Source: Candidatus Kapaibacterium sp.
Lineage (GTDB): Bacteria > Bacteroidota > Ignavibacteria > Palsa-1295
DNA: 52,642 nt
Assembly: GCA_038229915.1 (NCBI GenBank)
Contig: JBBRNY010000004.1
Span: 1-52,642, forward strand
Reading direction: 5' to 3'
In this document: positions 1-8,224 of the stretch, piece by piece
Layout: every line of letters begins with the position of its first letter
How positions within the stretch are numbered: the first letter of the stretch is position 1
The notes under the pieces: generated by a model
Database searches by the model: none
Told to the model about the DNA's origin: nothing
The model's input: only the letters and a program-made list of their open reading frames with translations
Position numbers and translations under genes: made by a program

Positions 1-64
1 CAATGGCATTCAAAACCATTATCAACGGTTCTAACATCGATACTAATATTGTTTCTAGAAAAGA

Positions 65-1369
65 ATGAATCCACTTTTTAGCTTTTTTCGTCTCGGTAAT
101 GACGTTGATGATCATACAAAGATCATTTCCAGTATTGAGGTTGGAGTCTATTTAAAAGGGACAAATCTTTGGATCTTAATTTGTGCTATCCTCATCGCCT
201 CGGTCGGATTGAACGTCAACTCAACCGCCGTCATTATCGGTGCAATGCTCATCTCCCCGTTAATGGGTCCGCTGATGGGCATCGGTCTCGGCTTAGGAAT
301 TAATGATCTTAACCTTGCAAAAAATGCGCTTCGAAATTTTGGAATCTCTGTACTTGCAGGTTTAGGTGCTTCCTGCATTTATTTTTTAATAAGCCCAATG
401 GGAGAAGCACATTCCGAACTGCTCTCGAGAACATCACCAGCCATCTGGGACGTACTGATCGCATCGTTTGGTGGCTTGGCAGGTATCATCGCAACATCAA
501 GCAAGAACAAAGCAAATGTTATCCCTGGCGTCGCGATAGCAACAGCACTGATGCCACCGCTCTGCACTGCCGGATTCGGATTAGCTCATCAAGATTGGCA
601 CATTTTTTTCGGGGCAGGCTATCTTTTTATTATTAATAGTGTCTTCATTAGTTTATCGACACTCTTAACGGTTCGGTTTCTTCGTTTCCCGATCCATAAG
701 TTTTCGGATCTCAAACAACAAGCAAGGGCTCAGAAATTAATTTATGTGATCGTTGCCGCTACGTTAGTACCAAGTTTTTTTGCTACCTATAATATTATTC
801 AGAACAATCGTTTTTCGGAGAATGCAAATCAGTTTATCGCGAAAGAATCGCCTATCGGTGATAATTACTTGCTGAATAAAAATATTGATCCTGCCGCGAA
901 AACCATCAGTCTTATCTATGGAGGAAAGGGACTAACCGATGCTCAAAAGAAAGCGCTTCAGACTAAGCTTAAATTATATGATATTTCTGATGCCAAGCTA
1001 ACGATCACCGAAGGATTTTCGATGCGATTTATGACTTCGCAAACATCAGAGGAGCAAAAGCTTCTACAGGTGATGGATGAGAAACTAAGAAAGATGGAGC
1101 TTGACCATCAAATACTTGATAGCGTCAACTCCTTCTCGACATTACAGCAAACAATGCTGAAGGAAGCAAGCACCGAACACCCAACTTTAAAAAGCCTAAC
1201 GATCTCCCGACTTGTTACCACTTCCGCAGATTCGCTTTCTGACACGACATTCCTTGTCAGTTATATTTTTAAGAATCGTATTTCCAAAAAAGAAAAGAAG
1301 CAGTTAAACGATTGGACAACAATCAAAATGAACGGCAGAAATTTTCGGATGGTCGCTGATGTAAAATAG
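65..1369 (+). CDS. DUF389 / TIGR00341-family integral membrane protein
   Basis: Motifs IASVGLNVNSTAVIIGAMLISPLMGP, ELLSRTSP and IPGVAIATALMPPLCTAG; multiple TM segments and a soluble C-terminal domain. Confidence 0.9.
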   Translation: MNPLFSFFRLGNDVDDHTKIISSIEVGVYLKGTNLWILICAILIASVGLNVNSTAVIIGAMLISPLMGPLMGIGLGLGINDLNLAKNALRNFGISVLAGLGASCIYFLISPMGEAHSELLSRTSPAIWDVLIASFGGLAGIIATSSKNKANVIPGVAIATALMPPLCTAGFGLAHQDWHIFFGAGYLFIINSVFISLSTLLTVRFLRFPIHKFSDLKQQARAQKLIYVIVAATLVPSFFATYNIIQNNRFSENANQFIAKESPIGDNYLLNKNIDPAAKTISLIYGGKGLTDAQKKALQTKLKLYDISDAKLTITEGFSMRFMTSQTSEEQKLLQVMDEKLRKMELDHQILDSVNSFSTLQQTMLKEASTEHPTLKSLTISRLVTTSADSLSDTTFLVSYIFKNRISKKEKKQLNDWTTIKMNGRNFRMVADVK

Positions 1370-1409
1370 TTGTTCTCGGAACACCTTAGGACTCTTCATT
1401 TTTGGACAT

Positions 1410-1442
1410 AAAAAAAACCTGTCGCTATAACACGACAGGTTT
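1410..1442 (-). terminator. Intrinsic terminator, probably bidirectional
   Basis: Inverted repeat AAACCTGTCG (1415-1424) / CGACAGGTTT (1433-1442) with an A-run at 1410-1417 (U-tract on minus). It lies between convergent ORFs. Confidence 0.75.
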
Positions 1443-1466
1443 GGGCAAAGTCTTGGCTATTCAGAA

Positions 1467-1775
1467 TTAGTTATGTTCAAAACTGCCAAGTATCTGCGCT
1501 TTCGAGGCTGCATCGTATGCTCGTTCGACCATAGACCGGTCCGCTTTATGAAAGCGAACTTCAGGATCTATGTTCAATAAAACAGTCCCTGCAGCGATTA
1601 TCCCAACATGTTGTGAATCACTTCCACGTTGAAATTTTTCCGGCGCAATTCCAAGAATCGATTTGGGCATTTCTACTGTATGTTGCTTATGTGAGACATC
1701 AGCGACGATACACCTGAAATAATCAATAAATTCTTGCCATTTCACCAAAGTAATATTTGTCAATATTATCACCAC
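1467..1775 (-). CDS. Hypothetical protein (~100 aa orphan)
   Basis: The ORF fills the gap between rnpB and the DUF389 gene, has a downstream terminator and an SD-like GAAAGGTGG near its start. No recognised domain. Confidence 0.5.
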   Translation of the reverse strand: MVIILTNITLVKWQEFIDYFRCIVADVSHKQHTVEMPKSILGIAPEKFQRGSDSQHVGIIAAGTVLLNIDPEVRFHKADRSMVERAYDAASKAQILGSFEHN

Positions 1776-1874
1776 CTTTCTATTTTTTGATATAAAAACA
1801 TAGCTTTTATATCTTTTCCTATTGAGATTAAACTCATTATTACCGTAAATAATTCACTCGTTAGTTCTAAAAGC

Positions 1875-1902
1875 AAGAGCCACACCTTGCGGTGTGGCTC
1901 TT
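1875..1902 (-). terminator. Terminator hairpin downstream of rnpB
   Basis: Perfect 12-bp stem AAGAGCCACACC-ttgc-GGTGTGGCTCTT, 8 nt past the rnpB 3' end, followed by GCTTTT on minus. Confidence 0.75.
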
Positions 1903-1910
1903 AAAAAAAG

Positions 1911-2303
1911 ACTTGCCATCTGTAAGCCGAATTCTGTCTGTCTGTTTTCACAGGAGACGGTCATTGATCTATGCGACCTACCCGCGATCACGGCTTGCGA
2001 GCCGCAAGTGTTCGGTTGCCCGAACGTATCGCTTACATGGTCTTGCTCCGCGCGAGGTTTATCGTGACTGCTATTCTTACGAATAGCACGGTGGTCTCTT
2101 ACACCGCCTTTTCACCCTTACCACTCTTTGACGAGTGGCGGTTTATTTTCTGCGACACTGCGCTGTCAACAAAGTATTCTCTTGCGATTATTCTTTATTG
2201 CCCGGTCTTGAAACGTATCGAAATAAGCTCTCGATCGGCACGCTGCTCTTCGGAGTTCGGACTTTCCTCATATACTGCTATATGCGACCGTCCGATGACA
2301 AGC
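1911..2303 (-). ncRNA. rnpB: RNase P RNA, bacterial type A, lacking P18
   Basis: Minus strand carries GAGGAAAGTCCGAACTCC, CAGAAAATAAACCGCC, GGTAAGGGTGAAAAGGCGGTGTAAGAGACCACC, GGAGCAAGACC and ACAGAATTCGGCTTA. P1 pairs GCTTGTCATC with GATGGCAAGT. Confidence 0.97.
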
Positions 2304-2325
2304 ACACTCTTAAAAAACTGATTAA

Positions 2326-3096
2326 TTATTCTGCTTCTTCGGCGTCCACTTCATAGACGATCTTCACGCGTTCGCCATCAACGGCAACAGCGATCGGCTC
2401 ACCAACGACGATACGTCCGCAATATTCGCAGACGGTATGTTTCTCGCCGCGATTAAGCTCCAATACTAACTGTCTCGGAATGGCATTAAAGCATCCGCCA
2501 CAAACGCCATCGCGCACACCAACGATACCAAGCCCGTTCTTTGCAGGACGGATACGCTCGTAGATCGAGATAAACTGCGGAGTGACTTTCTTCGCCGCAT
2601 CGGTGCGAAGTTTGGTGAGTTTCTTTTCTTCTGCCGCCGTCTCGAGCATCACTTCCTCAAGCTGCTTCCTCGAGGCATCAAATTCTTCTTTGAGCTGAGC
2701 AACATCATTGCGGGCCGCATCGGCATCGGCTTGTGCATTCTCAAGCTCCATCGATAGGCGCGCCATCGTCTCGGTGCCTTCGTTCAACCGACGGTCAGCA
2801 TCTTCGATCTGAAAGGTGATCGCATCATATTCGCGTGTCGTCTTGACATCGAACTGTTGCTTTTTATATTTCTCCAACTTCTCGCGATGGTCGGTCACAT
2901 CGTTATCGAGCGTACGAACTTTTGCCTGATGCTCATGCACAAAGCGTTCGATCTCGGCAAGGATGTTCTCGCGCTCGACGAGCGCGGCACGCATTTCTTC
3001 AACACGAACCGGTAATTCACCACGACTCGATACCAACTCATCAAGTTGTGTATCAATATGCTGAAGCTGGTATAATCCTAATAATGTTTCGTTCAC
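2326..3096 (-). CDS. Coiled-coil / C4 zinc-ribbon protein (DUF164; CT398/HP0958-like)
   Basis: N-terminal LYQLQHIDTQLD, a long coiled coil, and C-terminal CGGC...CEYCGRI. Overlaps the nif3 stop. Confidence 0.92.
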   Translation of the reverse strand: MNETLLGLYQLQHIDTQLDELVSSRGELPVRVEEMRAALVERENILAEIERFVHEHQAKVRTLDNDVTDHREKLEKYKKQQFDVKTTREYDAITFQIEDADRRLNEGTETMARLSMELENAQADADAARNDVAQLKEEFDASRKQLEEVMLETAAEEKKLTKLRTDAAKKVTPQFISIYERIRPAKNGLGIVGVRDGVCGGCFNAIPRQLVLELNRGEKHTVCEYCGRIVVGEPIAVAVDGERVKIVYEVDAEEAE

Positions 3097-4256
3097 AATT
3101 CTTCCGATTTTCTTATGTAATATTGTACGGCATTTGGTCGAATGCCCGACCCCACAACGATAGAGTGCTGATCTTTATTATGCAAATCTACGACATTCCA
3201 AACACGTAACGCCTCTTCTAGCATTCCACGTACAACAAAGCATTCTGTTTCAGCATGCCCAATATCAACCAAAAATAGTCCGTCGTGCTCGGCTTTGTAG
3301 AAATCGTGATAACGAATATCACCGCTCAAAAAGGCATCAGCACCCATATTAATAGCGCCAGAATAGTACTCCATACCCGACCCGCCAAGCATCGCGACCC
3401 TATTGATCGCCGTTTTCGAGCTCTTGTTATACCGTAAGACCTCCGAGCCGAATATGCTTGCCGCAAGCTTTAAAAATTGCCCTATCGGCATTGGTTGGGC
3501 AAATTCGCCAATGCTCCCCATTCCATATTTGGGATGTGAATTCATTAACGGGTAGCGATCATAAGCCACTTCTTCGTAAGGATGTGCTTCGATCATTGCT
3601 TTGATCACCGTTGGGCTTTTCCAGCGCTCGCAGATCATCTCGATACGAACTTCTGACTGCCTTTCTCTTACCATAGGCTGCCCGATGGTCGGGTTCGAAT
3701 CCTCATTCCCACGGAAAGAGCCATAACCCTCTATCGAAAACGAGCATTCGTCATAATTACTAATATCCCCCGCACCGGCAAGCCACATTGCCTCTTGAAC
3801 TTGCTTTACTATTTTAGGGTCAGTACTTGGGACGAAGACTACAATTTTTTCGAGACGATCAGAAAGCGGAGCAAGTGGACGAATATTTTTTAAGCCTAAG
3901 GCTGTTGCCATTAATGCGCTCGTACCAATTTTTGGCTGGGCATCGAAAGCAGTATGCACGACGTACAAGGCGATCTTTGATACGATCAGCCGACGAACAA
4001 GCGAACCCGTCCGAGTTGAGTCGGTAATCGAAGAAACATTCGGAAAAATAAGGGGATGATAAGCAATGATGAGATTCGCACCAATCGAAATTGCCTCGTT
4101 TATGATCTCATCGGTTACTTCATACGCCACGAGCGCACGATGGAGTTCTTCGCCCTCGTCATAACCAACTTGAAGCCCTACCGCATCTTTTTCATAGCCT
4201 GCAGAAGCAAGCGGGATAGCCTCACCAAATGCTCGAAGAAAAGTTTTTATTAACAC
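3093..4256 (-). CDS. Nif3-like dinuclear metal centre hexameric protein with PII-like insertion
   Basis: Motifs DAVGLQVG, YHPLIF, HTAFD, AHPYEEVAYD, GDIRYH and DIGHAETE. Confidence 0.93.
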   Translation of the reverse strand: MLIKTFLRAFGEAIPLASAGYEKDAVGLQVGYDEGEELHRALVAYEVTDEIINEAISIGANLIIAYHPLIFPNVSSITDSTRTGSLVRRLIVSKIALYVVHTAFDAQPKIGTSALMATALGLKNIRPLAPLSDRLEKIVVFVPSTDPKIVKQVQEAMWLAGAGDISNYDECSFSIEGYGSFRGNEDSNPTIGQPMVRERQSEVRIEMICERWKSPTVIKAMIEAHPYEEVAYDRYPLMNSHPKYGMGSIGEFAQPMPIGQFLKLAASIFGSEVLRYNKSSKTAINRVAMLGGSGMEYYSGAINMGADAFLSGDIRYHDFYKAEHDGLFLVDIGHAETECFVVRGMLEEALRVWNVVDLHNKDQHSIVVGSGIRPNAVQYYIRKSEEL

Positions 4257-4274
4257 ACAAACCTCTATAAATTC

Positions 4275-5354
4275 TTATCTCAACACGATCTTTTTCGAGC
4301 CGATAAATTTTCCATCAACGGTCATCGTTGCGATATACACACCTGCTGTATGCTCGTTCGGCGCAAAAACAACGATGCTATTTCCTTCGCTCATCACACC
4401 GTTTGCAAGTGTTGCGACGCTTCGACCAAGCATATCATTGACAATGATATGCACAAACGACGGCTGTGCAAGTGTGAATGGTATCGACACTGATGATGAC
4501 GCAGGGTTTGGTGTGGGTTCGCCAAGATTCGAAGCAAATGATGATGTCGGAGATACAGCAGCTAACGGAATGCCTTGTGCTGTCTGCCCAACACCATAGA
4601 CTGCGAAAGAATAAAGCCCCGCACCGGATTTACCGACAGGATTTACATCTTGCATTGCAACGACGACTTTCATATTAGACATATTCCAATTTTTACCGGT
4701 GACATCATAAGTATAATGCAATATCGTATCAGTAAGAACAAAAGCCTCGCCAAGGTCTTTTCTCGGTATCGCGGCACGGAAAATATTATTCCAGGTACCG
4801 CTATTAGGATTTCCGAAATGCTTTGTGTTAGCAAAAACGATCCCCGACTCTACCAACATCACATAAGGCAAAACATATACTTGATTTGCTGACGGGGCAA
4901 CAGTAACTTTTATGTCGATCTTCATCTGTGAATTCTCCGATACTGAGGCTGTAGGCAGAACGGTAGCCTGTAATGCACCAAAAGCAACTGCTTCCTCGGT
5001 CGAGGTTTTCCAGGTTGGGAATGAGGTGCTACCGGTAGCAGAGAATATTCCGTCGATCACGCCGACGGGATCGCCTTCGACATTGTAATGTGCATTCGAT
5101 GAAGTAATATCCTGACGCGCATCGACATCACCTTGTGAAGCCAAATAGAATGGGTCAAGTGGGTAAGGCGTATTATTATGATAGATCACCTGAATGATAT
5201 TAAGCTCCGGGTGGGCTTTGACGTAATCATCGTAAAGATTATCGGGCACGACACAATTGGTGCAGTCGGTATTGCTGAAAAATTCCGCCAAGACCTGCGC
5301 ATTAGCTGAAGTAGAACAAGCGAGTAGCACCAGAAGAAATAATACTTTTTTCAT
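4275..5354 (-). CDS. Omp28-like thioredoxin-fold protein with T9SS C-terminal domain
   Basis: Signal peptide from MKKVLF (start moved to 5354), EFFSNTDCTNC CxxC motif, NNIFR, VVVAMQD, and a PNPASS...DMLGR...GVY...KKIVLR CTD. Confidence 0.75.
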   Translation of the reverse strand: MKKVLFLLVLLACSTSANAQVLAEFFSNTDCTNCVVPDNLYDDYVKAHPELNIIQVIYHNNTPYPLDPFYLASQGDVDARQDITSSNAHYNVEGDPVGVIDGIFSATGSTSFPTWKTSTEEAVAFGALQATVLPTASVSENSQMKIDIKVTVAPSANQVYVLPYVMLVESGIVFANTKHFGNPNSGTWNNIFRAAIPRKDLGEAFVLTDTILHYTYDVTGKNWNMSNMKVVVAMQDVNPVGKSGAGLYSFAVYGVGQTAQGIPLAAVSPTSSFASNLGEPTPNPASSSVSIPFTLAQPSFVHIIVNDMLGRSVATLANGVMSEGNSIVVFAPNEHTAGVYIATMTVDGKFIGSKKIVLR

Positions 5355-5414
5355 ACGATCAAAAAGAAAATAATTTACTATTGAAGACAACACCAATTTC
5401 CCCGTTTTGTTGCC

Positions 5415-5864
5415 CTACGGGTAGATCGAAAGTACTTTCGGGGGATTGACGGATGGCGTGGTGATCCAGATCGAATCTAGCTTGATCTGTTGCGTGTCCC
5501 TCACCACAGCCGCAATAGAATCGACGACATTATCAAAATAGAAGTGGAGTGTATCCGACAATTGGTAAAAATGTTTGCGAAATTGATAACGCGATATATC
5601 AGCAACTGCCGCTGAGGCAAACGAGATGATCATTACCGAATCAGTATATGACGACGAGGTAGTGACACGAACGATCACCGTGCTTCTCACCGGTTGAAGC
5701 GAGATCACTTTCGTGCCATGAGCAAAACCAAAGTGGACCGTATCGACAGCATTTATGCGTGTAAAGTCTCCGCTTGGGTTGGTAGTGTCGCTCGTGCAAC
5801 TGATGCTGAATACCGCAAGGGCAAAGAGCAAGGTAGCGATACAAAAGTTTTTTATTTTTGACAT
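5415..5864 (-). CDS. Hypothetical lipoprotein
   Basis: Signal peptide ending FSISC (lipobox); no recognised domain. Confidence 0.7.
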   Translation of the reverse strand: MSKIKNFCIATLLFALAVFSISCTSDTTNPSGDFTRINAVDTVHFGFAHGTKVISLQPVRSTVIVRVTTSSSYTDSVMIISFASAAVADISRYQFRKHFYQLSDTLHFYFDNVVDSIAAVVRDTQQIKLDSIWITTPSVNPPKVLSIYP

Positions 5865-5990
5865 ATATTCGTGTCTCTATCTACTCGTTTTTGCAATGAT
5901 AAATTCCCGTTGCTCTCACCGATGGTCGAAATGATTTCGGTGTAATCTCTAATTGGCAGCTCAGCCTTATACTGACTAATAAGATTAATT

Positions 5991-6022
5991 TTTGATTTCC
6001 CCATCCGAAATGCGTATTTTTG
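5991..6022 (+). promoter_or_regulatory. Bacteroidota-type housekeeping promoter (-33/-7)
   Basis: TTTG (5991-5994), 20-nt spacer, TATTTTTG (6015-6022); matches TTTG-N19-21-TAnnTTTG. The ATG is at 6027. Confidence 0.7.
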
Positions 6023-6026
6023 CACT

Positions 6027-7058
6027 ATGGATAAACTTAAGATCGCACTCGTCGGCAGTGGAAATATGGGTCAGGTCATTCACTTGCCTATTCTCAAGAA
6101 GATGCAGGATGTGGAAATCTGTGCTATCGTCGATCCCGACGAGCGCAAGGCGAAGATCATTGCCGAGCGTTTTGGCATCACTTCGACCTTCAAAACGATG
6201 GATGCTATGCTCAGCTCAGGTATTGGCTCTGAGATAACGGCTGTGGATATATGCACCCCCACCGATCAGCATAAATCCCCGGCAATTGCGGCATTGCAAA
6301 GCGGTAAAGACGTACTGATCGAGAAGCCGATAGCTCGTACAGCCAAAGAAGCCAAAGAAATTAATGACATTGCGCATAAATACGGGCGCAAGTTAATGGT
6401 CGGGATGAACAACCGCTTCCGCCCCGATGCGATGATCTTGAAATCTTTTATTGACGCAGGCGAACTTGGCAATATTTATTATATCAAATCAGGTTGGCTC
6501 AAACAGCAATCCTCGATCGCGACGTGGCACCAACAAAAAGAGAAATCTGGCGGCGGTGTATTTATTGATCTCGGTATCGTCATCCTCGATATGTCGCTGT
6601 GGCTACTTAATTACCCTGATGTTGCCACCGTTAGTGCGACAACCTATAATCAGTTTACTAAAAAAGTTGAAGACTCGGCGGCAGTGTTTATCCGTTTGGC
6701 GAATGGCGTAACTTTGACTATTGAAACAAGCTGGACCTTCCACCGCGAAGGCGATTTCTTTTATTGCAATGTCTTCGGCAAAGACGGCTCGGCATTTGTC
6801 AATCCGCTTCGGGTCTTCAAGCAAGTTGCGGGGAATCTTGTCAATCTTACACCAGCAAAGACTGACTCACAAGTAGCACTCTATAAAAAATCATACGAGA
6901 ATGAACTTCGTCATTTCGTCAATACTTGCAAAGGATTAGTACCACTTATTTCAAGTGGTGATGATGCCGTAAAGAGAATGCAGATCGTCGAAGCGATATA
7001 CCAATCCGCAGCAAAACAAAAAGAGATCTCGCTCGCGCCGACGAAAAAGAAGAAGTAA
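6027..7058 (+). CDS. Gfo/Idh/MocA family oxidoreductase
   Basis: Rossmann motif ALVGSGNMG, plus ICTP..H, IEKP and SGGGVFIDLG. Confidence 0.93.
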   Translation: MDKLKIALVGSGNMGQVIHLPILKKMQDVEICAIVDPDERKAKIIAERFGITSTFKTMDAMLSSGIGSEITAVDICTPTDQHKSPAIAALQSGKDVLIEKPIARTAKEAKEINDIAHKYGRKLMVGMNNRFRPDAMILKSFIDAGELGNIYYIKSGWLKQQSSIATWHQQKEKSGGGVFIDLGIVILDMSLWLLNYPDVATVSATTYNQFTKKVEDSAAVFIRLANGVTLTIETSWTFHREGDFFYCNVFGKDGSAFVNPLRVFKQVAGNLVNLTPAKTDSQVALYKKSYENELRHFVNTCKGLVPLISSGDDAVKRMQIVEAIYQSAAKQKEISLAPTKKKK

Positions 7059-7065
7059 CCTACGG

Positions 7066-8199
7066 TTATTTCTTTGGCGGTGCCTCTTTTATTACTTGCA
7101 CCTTATCGCCTTCTTTCAAAGCATCGCTCACCGAAAGTATCACTTGATCGCCGAGGTTCAGGCCTGAGATGACCTGCACGACTTTTCCGTCGTTATCGGC
7201 GATCTCTATTTTTTTCATCCTCAAAGTGTTTGTTGCATCAGCAACGGCAACCGCAAATTCTTTGCCTCGCACGATCAATGCATTTGATGGGATGGTCATA
7301 TACGGCTGTGCTTTTATCTTGAGTGCCACCTGTACATAACTTCCGGGCAAGATCAATTCATTTTTATTATCAAGATCGATCTCGGCAAGGAGGGTTCGGG
7401 TCTTTGAATCTATCTCTCCTGTATAACGAGTGATCGTTGCCTTGATGTTGACCGTTGGTCGTTCGGGCAAACGAATGCTGACCGAATCTCCTTCTTTGAT
7501 AAACACAGCATCGCGCTGATCGAGATAGATATAAATTCGGAGTCTGTTGGTTTGCGAAATAGTCACGATCGGCAATGCGCTCGATTGTGAATTTACAGCA
7601 CTTTGCACCAATGCACCGGGATCGGCAAAGCGAGCTGTTACTTTCCCTGAGAATGGAGCTTTGATAGATTCATACGAACGCTGCTGCGCCAATGCTGCAA
7701 GATTTGCCTCAGCCATATCGGCATTCGAACTTGCCTGCTCGGCTTCTTGTGGCGAGATCAACCCTTGTTGTAATAACACCTGACTGCGTTTCGAGATGCT
7801 ACGTTTGTTTTTTGCATCCGACTCGGTCGCTTGATAGCTTCTATCTGTTTCAGGAGATTCGATCGTTGCGAGCAACTGCCCTTCCTTTACATTATCACCT
7901 TTATCAACACTAATACGTTTTAAGTATCCACTGATCTTTGCATACAGCGTGACGCTGGTAAATGCTCGGACTTCACCGGCAATCGTGATCGTTCTCTCGG
8001 ATGCCGATGACATCACCGGACTGACCCGTACTTGTGTTCCGGCACTTGCATCTTTCGAGCGGCTATCGAGATCCGCTTTTGTGCGATTATCTTTTGCTGC
8101 ATTCAGCAAGAAGTAGAGTACACCGAAAATTACGACAAGAAGAATCCCTCCTATCACTAGTTTCCCCGATGATCGCTTCGTTGGTTGTTCTGCTGTCAT
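7066..8199 (-). CDS. RND efflux periplasmic adaptor (MFP) subunit
   Basis: N-terminal TM; AKISGYL..ISVDKGD.VKEGQLLA; IKAPFSG; TRTL; LPGSY. Confidence 0.93.
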   Translation of the reverse strand: MTAEQPTKRSSGKLVIGGILLVVIFGVLYFLLNAAKDNRTKADLDSRSKDASAGTQVRVSPVMSSASERTITIAGEVRAFTSVTLYAKISGYLKRISVDKGDNVKEGQLLATIESPETDRSYQATESDAKNKRSISKRSQVLLQQGLISPQEAEQASSNADMAEANLAALAQQRSYESIKAPFSGKVTARFADPGALVQSAVNSQSSALPIVTISQTNRLRIYIYLDQRDAVFIKEGDSVSIRLPERPTVNIKATITRYTGEIDSKTRTLLAEIDLDNKNELILPGSYVQVALKIKAQPYMTIPSNALIVRGKEFAVAVADATNTLRMKKIEIADNDGKVVQVISGLNLGDQVILSVSDALKEGDKVQVIKEAPPKK

Positions 8200-8224
8200 A
8201 AATATATTCTTTCAACAATCATTG

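Noticed and set aside
1892-2356. Plus-strand ORFs 1892-2086, 1971-2321 and 2135-2356
   Set aside because: They are antisense to the RNase P RNA gene and show no protein features.
5386-5413. GCAACA...TGTC as a third copy of the ECF motif upstream of the Omp28-like gene
   Set aside because: The upstream half-site differs and the spacer is 18 nt rather than 16.
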